Origin: Candidatus Binatia bacterium
Lineage (GTDB): Bacteria; Desulfobacterota; Binatia; UBA12015
Direction of reading: 5' to 3'
DNA: 64,000 nucleotides
NCBI GenBank assembly: GCA_029248525.1
Contig: JAQWJE010000002.1
Coordinates: 2,381 to 66,380 of the forward strand
Shown one piece after another: positions 39,035 to 47,019 of this stretch (within the stretch, counting starts at the first letter, position 1; each line of letters starts with the position of its first letter). The notes below the pieces were generated by a model. That model saw only the letters and a program-made list of their open reading frames with translations, searched no databases and had not been told where the DNA came from. A program made the position numbers and the translations under genes.

Positions 39035-39331
39035 ATGCCTGCACAGCTCGGAAAAATTTACGTCGGACCCAGCGGAGTTCAGATCATCGTGACCAAAGGC
39101 GGCGATGCCGACTTGAGCGACGGCGGTACACTCCTGCTCCAGAAAGATTCCGGGGCGGAATTTCCGGCAGGAACAAACCCCGGTGAAGCTCAGGTCCAAC
39201 TGGGCAAGCGCTACAAATCTGCCGACGAATCCGTCGAAGTTCTGGTGAGCAAACCGGGAGCCTGTGACTTGCGTTGCGGTGGCGAACCCATGGGTCTCAA
39301 GGAAGCCAAAGCGCTTCCCTCCAGCGACTGA
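39035..39331 (+). CDS. Small protein with two degenerate desulforedoxin/Dfx-N-like half-repeats
   Basis: Trimmed from TTG 39014 to ATG 39035 (AGGAGA RBS). The two halves are GKIYVGPSGVQIIVTKGGDADL and GKRYKSADESVEVLVSKPGACDLRCGGEPMGL, and the protein ends in the family-typical ALPSSD. Only 2 Cys remain. Confidence 0.6.
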   Translation: MPAQLGKIYVGPSGVQIIVTKGGDADLSDGGTLLLQKDSGAEFPAGTNPGEAQVQLGKRYKSADESVEVLVSKPGACDLRCGGEPMGLKEAKALPSSD

Positions 39332-39359
39332 TTAGCCGGCTGGAAGCCACCACCTTCGA

Positions 39360-40328
39360 CTAGGGGTCCCTTTCGGTCGAGTCCTCTTGGCGCAGCAGCG
39401 ATTGCAGAGTGGCGATTGCCTGCACCAGGCCCAGACCCGGATCGCTATCATAGCCGCTCGGCATTTCGATCACCCGTCCAGCAGGCGCGCATGCCGGAAC
39501 TGCTGACAAAACCGGGTCGCCGCAGAGCGCATCACGGCCACCCACCCGCGTGACGACCAGCGGGGGCGACAGGCTGAGAATCTGTTCCCGAGAGAATTGC
39601 GGCCAATCCCGGTAGCCGTGCGCCGCGGCCAGATCCTCGATGCCCGATAGTCGCAGCAAGTCGCCATAGCTTGAGCCTTGCGTGCCGCCGAACCAACTCT
39701 CACCGACATTCGTCAGATACATCCCCGAGAATGTCGCCCCGCGGGCTGCCGCCCGCGTCAGCGCTGCAAGTTCGCGTCGGTAGGAGGCCGACAATTTCTC
39801 GGCACGCGAGGACTCCCCCAACAAGGCTCCCAATGCTTCCATATTCGCGACCGTCGTCTCGGCATTTCGCGTGTCTCCGAGATCGAAAACAACAACGCCC
39901 GCCTCTCGCAGTCGCGCCATATACGCCTCTTCCGAGAACCGGGAGGCGATCACCAGGTCCGGCTGCAAACTCAGAACTTGCTCGATATCGCGCGAGGTTC
40001 CGACCTGAGCGCGGGCCCCGAAACGCCAACCCTCGGGGTGGTCCCGTGCGGTATGGGCGGTGACTCCCACCAAACGTTCCGGCCGGATCATTCGCAGCAG
40101 GAGGTGGTCGGCGACCGGATTCAGAGAGACGATCCTCCGATAGTCTGCGATCGGGACCGCGACCCCGCGGGCATCCGTAGTCCACTCCACGGTTGGCGAT
40201 CCGGCCTCGTGCCCGACAAGCGGGAACACTCGCAAAGGAGCTTCGGGGGCGATATTCAGCGCAGCGGACACGCCAACCGCCAGACAAACCAGTAGCGCTC
40301 CAAGATTGGCGAGCTCGGTGCGCATCAA
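39360..40328 (-). CDS. ABC transporter periplasmic binding protein (iron-siderophore/heme/B12 class)
   Basis: Signal peptide, a PF01497-like layout (IVSLNPVADHLL, LQPDLVIAS) and operon context with FecCD/FecE-type partners. Confidence 0.75.
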   Translation of the reverse strand: MMRTELANLGALLVCLAVGVSAALNIAPEAPLRVFPLVGHEAGSPTVEWTTDARGVAVPIADYRRIVSLNPVADHLLLRMIRPERLVGVTAHTARDHPEGWRFGARAQVGTSRDIEQVLSLQPDLVIASRFSEEAYMARLREAGVVVFDLGDTRNAETTVANMEALGALLGESSRAEKLSASYRRELAALTRAAARGATFSGMYLTNVGESWFGGTQGSSYGDLLRLSGIEDLAAAHGYRDWPQFSREQILSLSPPLVVTRVGGRDALCGDPVLSAVPACAPAGRVIEMPSGYDSDPGLGLVQAIATLQSLLRQEDSTERDP

Positions 40329-41092
40329 ATCTCTTCCGGGAGGGAAAAACCCAACCCGCCCCCCTCATGAACTTCGACGCCATAGACACGACGAATCGGA
40401 TCGGCATGAACCACTTCCGCAATCGGCCCCTCCAGGTGCACCCGACCGGCCTCCAGCAGAACGCCACGGTCAGCATGTTTCCGTGCTTCATCCAGATCAT
40501 GCAGAACGAGCAGCAAACAGAATTCCTGCTGCGCCAACTCGCGCACGACAGCGTGGAGCGACAGCACCTGACGCACGTCCAGCGAACTGGTCGGTTCATC
40601 CAGCAACAAGGTCCGTGCGCCTGTCGCCAACGCACGCGCCAGAAGAACTCGTTGCCGTTCACCACCCGAGATCTCGGGGAAGGCACGCTCGGCCAGATGG
40701 GCGACATTGGCTTGGTCCAGAGCCTTTTGAATCGCGTCGCGATCCTCTTTCCCACGCGACGACCAAACTCTTTCTCGCGCAAACCGGCCCATCCCCACCA
40801 CCGACCGCACCGACAGCCTTGCGGTGAGCAGCGACTGCTGTGGCACGTAGGCGATCCGCTGCGCCCGCAGTCCGGCGGGCCAATCGGCCACGGAATCTCC
40901 GTCGAGCAGGACCGCACCGGTGCTGGGCAATAAACCGAGGACAGCCTTGAGCAGGGTACTTTTGCCCGCGCCATTCGGGCCCAGCAGAGCCGTTACTCGA
41001 CCGCGAGGCGCCTCGAACGCAACCTCGTCGACGACATTCGCGTCCCGCGAGTAACCGGCCGAAAGGCCGCGCACCGACAGCCCCGAAGTCAC
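40325..41092 (-). CDS. ABC transporter ATP-binding protein (FecE/HmuV-like)
   Basis: Walker A GPNGAGKST, signature ISGGERQR, Walker B LLLDEPTS. Both ends overlap neighbouring genes by 4 nt. Confidence 0.9.
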   Translation of the reverse strand: MTSGLSVRGLSAGYSRDANVVDEVAFEAPRGRVTALLGPNGAGKSTLLKAVLGLLPSTGAVLLDGDSVADWPAGLRAQRIAYVPQQSLLTARLSVRSVVGMGRFARERVWSSRGKEDRDAIQKALDQANVAHLAERAFPEISGGERQRVLLARALATGARTLLLDEPTSSLDVRQVLSLHAVVRELAQQEFCLLLVLHDLDEARKHADRGVLLEAGRVHLEGPIAEVVHADPIRRVYGVEVHEGGGLGFSLPEEI

Positions 41093-42120
41093 AGGACCTC
41101 CCCGGCGCGATAGCTCCGCGCCAACAAGACCAGAAACACCGGCGCACCAATCAACCCCGTGACCACGCCCAGGGGAATCTGGCTGATCCCCGGCAGGGAC
41201 CGCGCGAGAACATCAGCCCAAACCAGAAAGGTGGCCCCTCCCACCAGGGCCGCCGGGATCAGCTTCCGGTGCTCGGTCCCGACAAAAGGCCGCAGCGCAT
41301 GAGGAACGACCAATCCGACAAAACCGATATTACCCCCGATGGCCACCGCCGCGCCTGTCAGGGTCGCGGTCCAGACGATCGCCCACCGGCGAACCTGACG
41401 AACCGGGACGCCCAAGGACGCGGCTTCCTCTTCGCCCGACAAGAGAAGGTCTAGGTGCCGGGCCCAACCGAGGGCCGCGCCGAACGCCACCCCCACCATC
41501 GGCAGAGCCAGCGCGAAATGCCGGGCCCCCTTGGACTCGATCCCCCCGAGACTGAAGGCCACAACGGCGCGGCCGAGTTCCCAACGCTCCTGCGCAAAGC
41601 TCGAGAGAAGCCCCGCGATGCTGAGAAAGAAGCTCGAAAGAATAAAGCCGGTCAGGAGAACCGCGACGATGCCCGGATTGCGGCGCGCCACAAACAAGAG
41701 GAGGACCAGAGCGAGCAGCGCGCCCAGAAGACAACCGGCGGGGACAACCAATTCGCGCGGAAGCCAGGCCACCGCCCCGCCCATCAGGAGAAGGTCCCAA
41801 AGCAGCAGAACTGCGATCCCGCCGAGGCTGGCGCCGGCGGTTGTCCCGATGATCGAGGGACTCGCCAGAGGGTTTCGAAAGAGGCCCTGCACAAGGACCC
41901 CGCCAACCGCCAGCGCCGCACCGGTCAGAACGGTATTCCCCAACCGCCAGGCCCGCAATCGCAGGAACGCATCGCGCAGGGCCGGGTCTCCGAGGTCGCC
42001 ATCACCAACCAGCAGACCCAGAATGCTCCCCAAAACCAGTAGCCCGAGCAATCCCGCCCAGAAGAAGCCTCCGCCTCTGGTCTCTTTCCGAAACGATTCT
42101 TCTGCATATGTTTCGGCCAT
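41089..42120 (-). CDS. FecCD-family ABC transporter permease
   Basis: 343 aa with about 9-10 TM helices. It has the typical IIGTTAGASLG and GNIGFVGLVVPH blocks. Confidence 0.9.
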   Translation of the reverse strand: MAETYAEESFRKETRGGGFFWAGLLGLLVLGSILGLLVGDGDLGDPALRDAFLRLRAWRLGNTVLTGAALAVGGVLVQGLFRNPLASPSIIGTTAGASLGGIAVLLLWDLLLMGGAVAWLPRELVVPAGCLLGALLALVLLLFVARRNPGIVAVLLTGFILSSFFLSIAGLLSSFAQERWELGRAVVAFSLGGIESKGARHFALALPMVGVAFGAALGWARHLDLLLSGEEEAASLGVPVRQVRRWAIVWTATLTGAAVAIGGNIGFVGLVVPHALRPFVGTEHRKLIPAALVGGATFLVWADVLARSLPGISQIPLGVVTGLIGAPVFLVLLARSYRAGEVL

Positions 42121-42264
42121 CAGCTTTTCCTCAAAGGAGCCCTCCCGGCTTCCTTAACCTTTACCACCTGTGGGCGTCCAGATGCTCCGATGTTTCCGAA
42201 AGACGATGGAATTGGAAAGGAAAATACTTCAGAGTGATGCTCAGCCCGCGGGGGCTGCATTTCC

Positions 42265-43011
42265 ATGCGAAAACTACTCGTCTGCCAACACGTCGCCCAT
42301 GAACTTCTGGGTACGCTGGATCCCATGGTCCGGGCGCAGGGATTTCGGGTTCGCTACGTAAATTTCGGCCGCAATCCGGACGAGCAGCCGAATCTGGAGG
42401 GCTACGCCGGCCTGATCCTGCTGGGGGGGCCAATGAATGTCGGCCAGGCCGACACCCATCCCCATATCCACACTGAAAAGGCGCTGGTGCGCCGCGCTTT
42501 GGAGCTGCAGATTCCCGTCCTGGGCATCTGCCTTGGCGCGCAGATCATTGCCGCAGAATTGGGAGCCAATGTCGGCCCGGCTCGACAAAAAGAAATAGGC
42601 TGGTCGGATATCTCGCTGACCGAAGCTGGACGTCAGGACGTGCTCCTCCGACATTTCCGGGAGACGGAACGAATCTTCCAATGGCATAGCGATACGTTTT
42701 CTCTGCCCAGCGGCGCAACACTTCTGGCACGCGGCGACGAGTGCGAGAATCAGGCATTTCGGTTCGGCGATCGGATCTACGGTTTGCAGTTTCATCTTGA
42801 GGTGGACCAGCCCATGATCGAGCGCTGGCTGCGCATTCCCGATCTGCTCGGTGAAATTGCCGATCTCGAAAATGATCTTTGCCCCGAGAGAATCCTGGAA
42901 GAAACCACGCGCCAGATTGCGCGGACGCAAGATCTGGCGCAAAAGACCTTCTCCGATCTGCTGCGAATTTTCGATCCAACCGAGCGCGGCCGGGTTCTGC
43001 CCACAAGCTAG
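42265..43011 (+). CDS. Class I glutamine amidotransferase (GMP-synthase-like stand-alone GATase1)
   Basis: Nucleophile elbow VLGICLGAQIIA, later FQWHSD. 248 aa. Confidence 0.8.
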   Translation: MRKLLVCQHVAHELLGTLDPMVRAQGFRVRYVNFGRNPDEQPNLEGYAGLILLGGPMNVGQADTHPHIHTEKALVRRALELQIPVLGICLGAQIIAAELGANVGPARQKEIGWSDISLTEAGRQDVLLRHFRETERIFQWHSDTFSLPSGATLLARGDECENQAFRFGDRIYGLQFHLEVDQPMIERWLRIPDLLGEIADLENDLCPERILEETTRQIARTQDLAQKTFSDLLRIFDPTERGRVLPTS

Positions 43012-43219
43012 CGCGCCGGCCAACCAACCCCGCGACGAAATCATAAGCGGCTTCCGCGGCACACCGCCGGCAATCACATTCGCCGGCTCGCAAAACTTCT
43101 CCGCTTGGCCACGGGACGGTTAACACGCCGCGTCAATCAGCAAAAATCGTTGCGAAAAATTTTTCTGCTCCCGCGTTCGCGTCCAATTTCCAGAACTTGC
43201 TGCCCGCCTTGCATTTTGA

Positions 43220-43249
43220 TTGCACCCGCATTGGCAAGCGCGCTATGAT
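43220..43249 (+). promoter_or_regulatory. Candidate sigma70 promoter for the Cys-rich repeat protein
   Basis: TTGCAC (43220-43225), an 18-nt spacer, then TATGAT (43244-43249), about 75 nt upstream of ATG 43326 (GGAG RBS). It is embedded in phased TTGCA repeats. This is a sequence match only. Confidence 0.35.
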
Positions 43250-43325
43250 CGCGGCGGCGTCCTGCCACATTCTACTTCCAATTGAGCCGATACGAATAAA
43301 GGCCCCGACAAACTGGAGTTGATCC

Positions 43326-45755
43326 ATGAGAACTTTCCGACCCTCTCGACTCGCCGTGACCGCCACCCTCCTTCTCACTGCGTTTCTCTGGAGCCCGGCA
43401 GCCCGGGCGCAGGTCAGCGGCGTCTCGGTCACGAACCAATCCAGCGGGGACAAGAGCTACGGCTATTCGTGGTCTCCCGACGGAAAACGGACCTCGGGGA
43501 TCAGCAGCAACAATACCGATACCAGCATCGATGTCCGCTACGAATGGGGACTTGCTGCCGACACCGGCACTTGGAACAAAGACCGTGAAGTCTCCATGAA
43601 CTCGTCCTACAAAATCAACTTCTCGGTAACGGCCCCGGCTGGCTACACCATAACGGTACAAACCCGCTGGAAGGGCGCGCTGACCACCGTCGACGACAAT
43701 GGTTACCGGGCCAAGGCGTACGTGGACCAAATGAACGCCAGCCAAACCGGAGGCAGCGTGCAATCCGGGTCGCTCAACGGAGGAAATCCCGGGGATATCG
43801 GGAACACCGGCAGCAGCAAGAACGTTACCTTCGACAGCAGCAACACCATGGTAATTGCCGGCAACGGCAATGGATCACCGCAGGCCTACCAACTCAATTT
43901 TTCCTGGAACAGCCGATGTAAATCTGACGGCAAGCGCTGGTACGCAGGCAACGAGTGTGCCGTGCGCGGCGGTGCCAACATCGGTCTGAGCGGTGCCAGC
44001 GCCGACGATTACGGCGGCGTGGGCAACCGTAACCGGAGCGAGGACGGACACTTCGTGACGATCACCGTAAACATCCCGGATGTCTGCGGTGACGGTTCCC
44101 CCACCGGCAGCGAATCCTGCGACCTTGGTAGCGCCAACGGACAACTCGGAAGCTGCTGCACATCCTCGTGCACCTTTGCGAGTGCAGCAACGACCTGCCG
44201 CGACAGCGGCGGCGCATGCGATATCGCCGAGACCTGCTCCGGAAATAGCGCGACATGCCCGGCGGATCTTCTGGCCACTTCGGGCACGACTTGTCGGGCC
44301 TCGAATGGCCAATGCGACATCGCCGAGACCTGCGATGGGACTTCGCCGACCTGCGGGGCCGATACTTTCGTCAACAGTTCCACCAGTTGCCGATCGGCTT
44401 CGGGCATCTGTGATGCCGAAGAGTTCTGCTCGGGCAGCAGCGCCAATTGCCCCGCGGATACCTTTGCCAGCAGTGCAACCTCGTGCCGCAACAGCGCCGA
44501 CCTCTGCGATGCGGAAGAATTCTGCACCGGCAGCTCCGGGACCTGTCCTGCGAACGCTGTCGCCACAAGCGGCACCACCTGCCGCAACGCCGCGGACGTC
44601 TGCGATGTAGCCGAGACCTGTGACGGCACGAGCATCAGCTGTCCTGCTGACGGATTTCAGGACAGCACGACGACCTGCCGCGCAAAAAGCGATGTTTGTG
44701 ACGTCGCTGAAACCTGCACCGGAAGCAGCGCGAGTTGCCCGGCGGATGCAGTCGCTGACAGCAGCGCTACCTGCCGCGACGTGGCCGACATCTGTGATGT
44801 GGCCGAGACATGCGACGGCGCAGCCAAAAGCTGCCCGGCCGACGGATTCAAGAACAGCGCGACCACGTGCCGCGCAAAAAGCGATATTTGCGACGTCGCC
44901 GAAACCTGCACCGGAAGCAGTGCGAGTTGTCCCGCCGATGCCTTTGCCGACAGCGCGACCGAATGCCGCGGCAGTGGCGGCGAATGCGATATCGTCGAGA
45001 ATTGCACAGGCAGCGCGGCCGCGTGCCCGACCGACGAGGTCAAAGGTAGCGACGTTGTCTGCCGCGAGATCATCACCGGCATCGATGCCGCATGCGATAT
45101 CGAAGAGAGCTGCGACGGCCTCAACGCGGAGTGCCCCGAAGATGAATGGGTGGATGACGAGACGGTCTGCGACGATGAAACCATCGGCACGGAAAATGAT
45201 CAATGCACTCTCGGACTCTGCCGCTGCCCGGATGGGCCCGACCTTGACGACGATGGCATCCCCGATCTCTGCGATCCCGAGGACTCGAGATTCGAGCTGA
45301 GCAGGGCTCTGATTCGCCGTGGTGGCGACAAACCCGGTTACTTCCGCGCCAAGGGCCTGGTCCAGACCGGGCTTGGAGGGTTTGGACTTTTCGATGTCAT
45401 CGATACCTCCGAAACCGGGCTTTATATCAAGATAACGACGGGATCGGGGCTGGAGAAGATCAATCTCTTCGAGAAGGGCGACTGCACCATGTCCCCACGC
45501 GGGAAAGGCATAATCAATTGCCGAAAGATCATCGACATCTACGAGAAACCACGCGTTCGATTCGTCCCGGCGGTGAGCAAATCCTCGCAGTCCGGCGATT
45601 ACAAGGTCTATATCGAGCAGGGCCGACTGGACAACAGCGAACTGGTGAATCTGAGCGGCCCGCTGAAAATCCGCATCGCCACCGGGGATATCGACCGGCA
45701 AGCGGAAATGGATTCTTGCGGCAACGGCCCACGCGGAATGAGCTGCAAAAAATAG
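43326..45755 (+). CDS. Secreted Cys-rich repeat protein (disintegrin-like / Myxococcus-type cysteine-rich repeats)
   Basis: Signal peptide MRTFRPSRLAVTATLLLTAFLWSPAARA. The lead-in is CGDG..ESCD.G....CC..SC.F, followed by ten 32-aa units with the signature CR-x5-CD-x-[AE]E-x-C-x-G-x-S-x2-CP-x-D. A DLDDDGIPDLCD Ca-binding-like motif and a C-terminal domain follow. Confidence 0.85.
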   Translation: MRTFRPSRLAVTATLLLTAFLWSPAARAQVSGVSVTNQSSGDKSYGYSWSPDGKRTSGISSNNTDTSIDVRYEWGLAADTGTWNKDREVSMNSSYKINFSVTAPAGYTITVQTRWKGALTTVDDNGYRAKAYVDQMNASQTGGSVQSGSLNGGNPGDIGNTGSSKNVTFDSSNTMVIAGNGNGSPQAYQLNFSWNSRCKSDGKRWYAGNECAVRGGANIGLSGASADDYGGVGNRNRSEDGHFVTITVNIPDVCGDGSPTGSESCDLGSANGQLGSCCTSSCTFASAATTCRDSGGACDIAETCSGNSATCPADLLATSGTTCRASNGQCDIAETCDGTSPTCGADTFVNSSTSCRSASGICDAEEFCSGSSANCPADTFASSATSCRNSADLCDAEEFCTGSSGTCPANAVATSGTTCRNAADVCDVAETCDGTSISCPADGFQDSTTTCRAKSDVCDVAETCTGSSASCPADAVADSSATCRDVADICDVAETCDGAAKSCPADGFKNSATTCRAKSDICDVAETCTGSSASCPADAFADSATECRGSGGECDIVENCTGSAAACPTDEVKGSDVVCREIITGIDAACDIEESCDGLNAECPEDEWVDDETVCDDETIGTENDQCTLGLCRCPDGPDLDDDGIPDLCDPEDSRFELSRALIRRGGDKPGYFRAKGLVQTGLGGFGLFDVIDTSETGLYIKITTGSGLEKINLFEKGDCTMSPRGKGIINCRKIIDIYEKPRVRFVPAVSKSSQSGDYKVYIEQGRLDNSELVNLSGPLKIRIATGDIDRQAEMDSCGNGPRGMSCKK
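44193..45149 (+). repeat. In-frame tandem array, 10 units with an exact 96-nt period (coding)
   Basis: Units start at 44193, 44289, 44385, 44481, 44577, 44673, 44769, 44865, 44961 and 45057, each at the codon before the first Cys. The last unit carries a small insertion. Confidence 0.9.
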
Positions 45756-45775
45756 GACCGACCTTCGCTTTCGCC

Positions 45776-45808
45776 AAAACAGCCTCGCCTTACCGGCGAG
45801 GCTGTTTT
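45776..45808 (+). terminator. Rho-independent terminator
   Basis: AAAACAGCCTCGCC, loop ttacc, GGCGAGGCTGTTTT. This is a 14-bp perfect inverted repeat, including the A/T tracts, 21 nt after the stop codon. Confidence 0.85.
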
Positions 45809-45825
45809 ACTGTTAGCGTAGGAGA

Positions 45826-46938
45826 ATGATCGATCTCCGAACGCCACAGAAGTCAATTCTACAGAAATCTCTGACTGTTTTCGTTCTGCCGCTGCTACTC
45901 GTCGCTGGCTGCGCCGACAGCGACAACCAGGGGAACGGCCCCGTGCTTGACCCGGGTGTGCTCGGGCCCTACCCGATCGGTATCACGGAAGTGGTCTTCT
46001 TCGATGAAAGCCGCGATCGAACCCTTCTCACCAATGTCTGGTACCCGGCCAACGAGGCAGCTCGTGATGCCGAGCCCGCCTCGGCCGAGAGCTACCTGCC
46101 GGAAGATCTGGCCTTTCTCGCCGCGAGTTCCACGCTGACCCTGCGTGCCGTGAGGGACGCCGAGTTGGCGATGGACGGGCCCTTCCCGCTGATTCTATTC
46201 TCGCACGGCAACAACGGGATCAACTTTCAAAACGGCGACCAAATGGAACACCTGGCAAGCCATGGGTTCATCGTGGCCTCACCCGACCACGAGGGGAACA
46301 CCTACTTCGACAACTCCGGTTCACCGAGCGGACTCAGCATTGATCGCCCCATCGACGTGATCTTTTTACTCGACGAGATGTTGCGTACGAACGATGATCC
46401 CGAGGCCTTGTTTCACGAGTGGATCGACACGACCGTTGGCGTTGGCGCCTCGGGGATGTCGTTTGGCGCCTTCACGGTGGTGACGGCCGCAGACCGGGAT
46501 GACCGCATCGTCGCCGTGCTCCCTCAGGTCCTGACCGCTCCGATCTCCGAGGACTACGACACGCCTACGTTTCTTCTTCTGGCCAGCGAGGACAAAACCA
46601 TCGGACTCGACGGCAACGCGCGCATCCGAAACACCTATGCCACAACGAAGGGACCGAAATTTCTGGCCGAACTCCCGGATGCCGGACACTTCAGCCCGAC
46701 CATCTCATGCTATACGGGCCTCGGCATCGGCAACGCCGATGGTTGCGGCGAGGGGGAGCGATTCGCCGACGGCAGCACTTTCGAATTTCTCGAAGCCACG
46801 GAAGTGTGGGAGCTACTGAACCACTATGGCGTTGCCTTCTTCCAGACCTATCTGCGCCAGGACACTCGTTACCTCAGCTACCTCGAAGAAAACGCCTTTC
46901 CCGAAATCGCGATCTACCAGAGCGACCCGCAGCGCTGA
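45826..46938 (+). CDS. Lipoprotein alpha/beta hydrolase, PAF-acetylhydrolase/dienelactone-hydrolase-like
   Basis: AGGAG RBS and a lipobox LLLVAGC. It has PLILFSHGN, LASHGFIVASPDHEGN and the nucleophile elbow GASGMSFGA. Confidence 0.7.
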   Translation: MIDLRTPQKSILQKSLTVFVLPLLLVAGCADSDNQGNGPVLDPGVLGPYPIGITEVVFFDESRDRTLLTNVWYPANEAARDAEPASAESYLPEDLAFLAASSTLTLRAVRDAELAMDGPFPLILFSHGNNGINFQNGDQMEHLASHGFIVASPDHEGNTYFDNSGSPSGLSIDRPIDVIFLLDEMLRTNDDPEALFHEWIDTTVGVGASGMSFGAFTVVTAADRDDRIVAVLPQVLTAPISEDYDTPTFLLLASEDKTIGLDGNARIRNTYATTKGPKFLAELPDAGHFSPTISCYTGLGIGNADGCGEGERFADGSTFEFLEATEVWELLNHYGVAFFQTYLRQDTRYLSYLEENAFPEIAIYQSDPQR

Positions 46939-46946
46939 GCTGCAGG

Positions 46947-47012
46947 CCCGAGACGCGCCCCCGAAACTCGCCCGAAAATCACCCGAAACTTACCCCGAAA
47001 CTTACCCCGAGA
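46947..47012 (+). repeat. Six phased direct copies of CCCGA[AG]A filling an intergenic region
   Basis: Copies lie at 46947, 46960, 46971, 46982, 46994 and 47006, with spacings of 13, 11, 11, 12 and 12 nt. The two central units are identical 12-mers (CCCGAAACTTAC). Confidence 0.8.
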
Positions 47013-47019
47013 CGCCCCC

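Noticed and set aside
42121-42264. Possible cobalamin riboswitch or other leader upstream of the FecCD-type ABC operon.
   Set aside because: Only about 140 nt are available, shared with a divergent gene. I could not find a B12 box or the conserved GGGAA/GCCACTG-type core. Only a short CAGCCC-gcgg-GGGCTG hairpin is present. An Rfam cmscan would settle it.
43231-43249. TTGGCA element considered as a sigma54 -24 box.
   Set aside because: The required GG-N10-GC spacing to a TTGC -12 element is not met.
44193-45149. Regular 96-nt repeats that could be mistaken for a CRISPR-like or satellite array.
   Set aside because: The repeats are contiguous with no spacers, in frame, and encode a conserved Cys motif inside a long ORF. 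This is a coding tandem repeat.
43875-45701. 608-aa minus-strand ORF and several other ORFs across the Cys-rich repeat gene.
   Set aside because: The periodic repeat keeps several frames open. Only the plus frame starting at 43326 has a signal peptide, an RBS, a terminator and a coherent Cys pattern.
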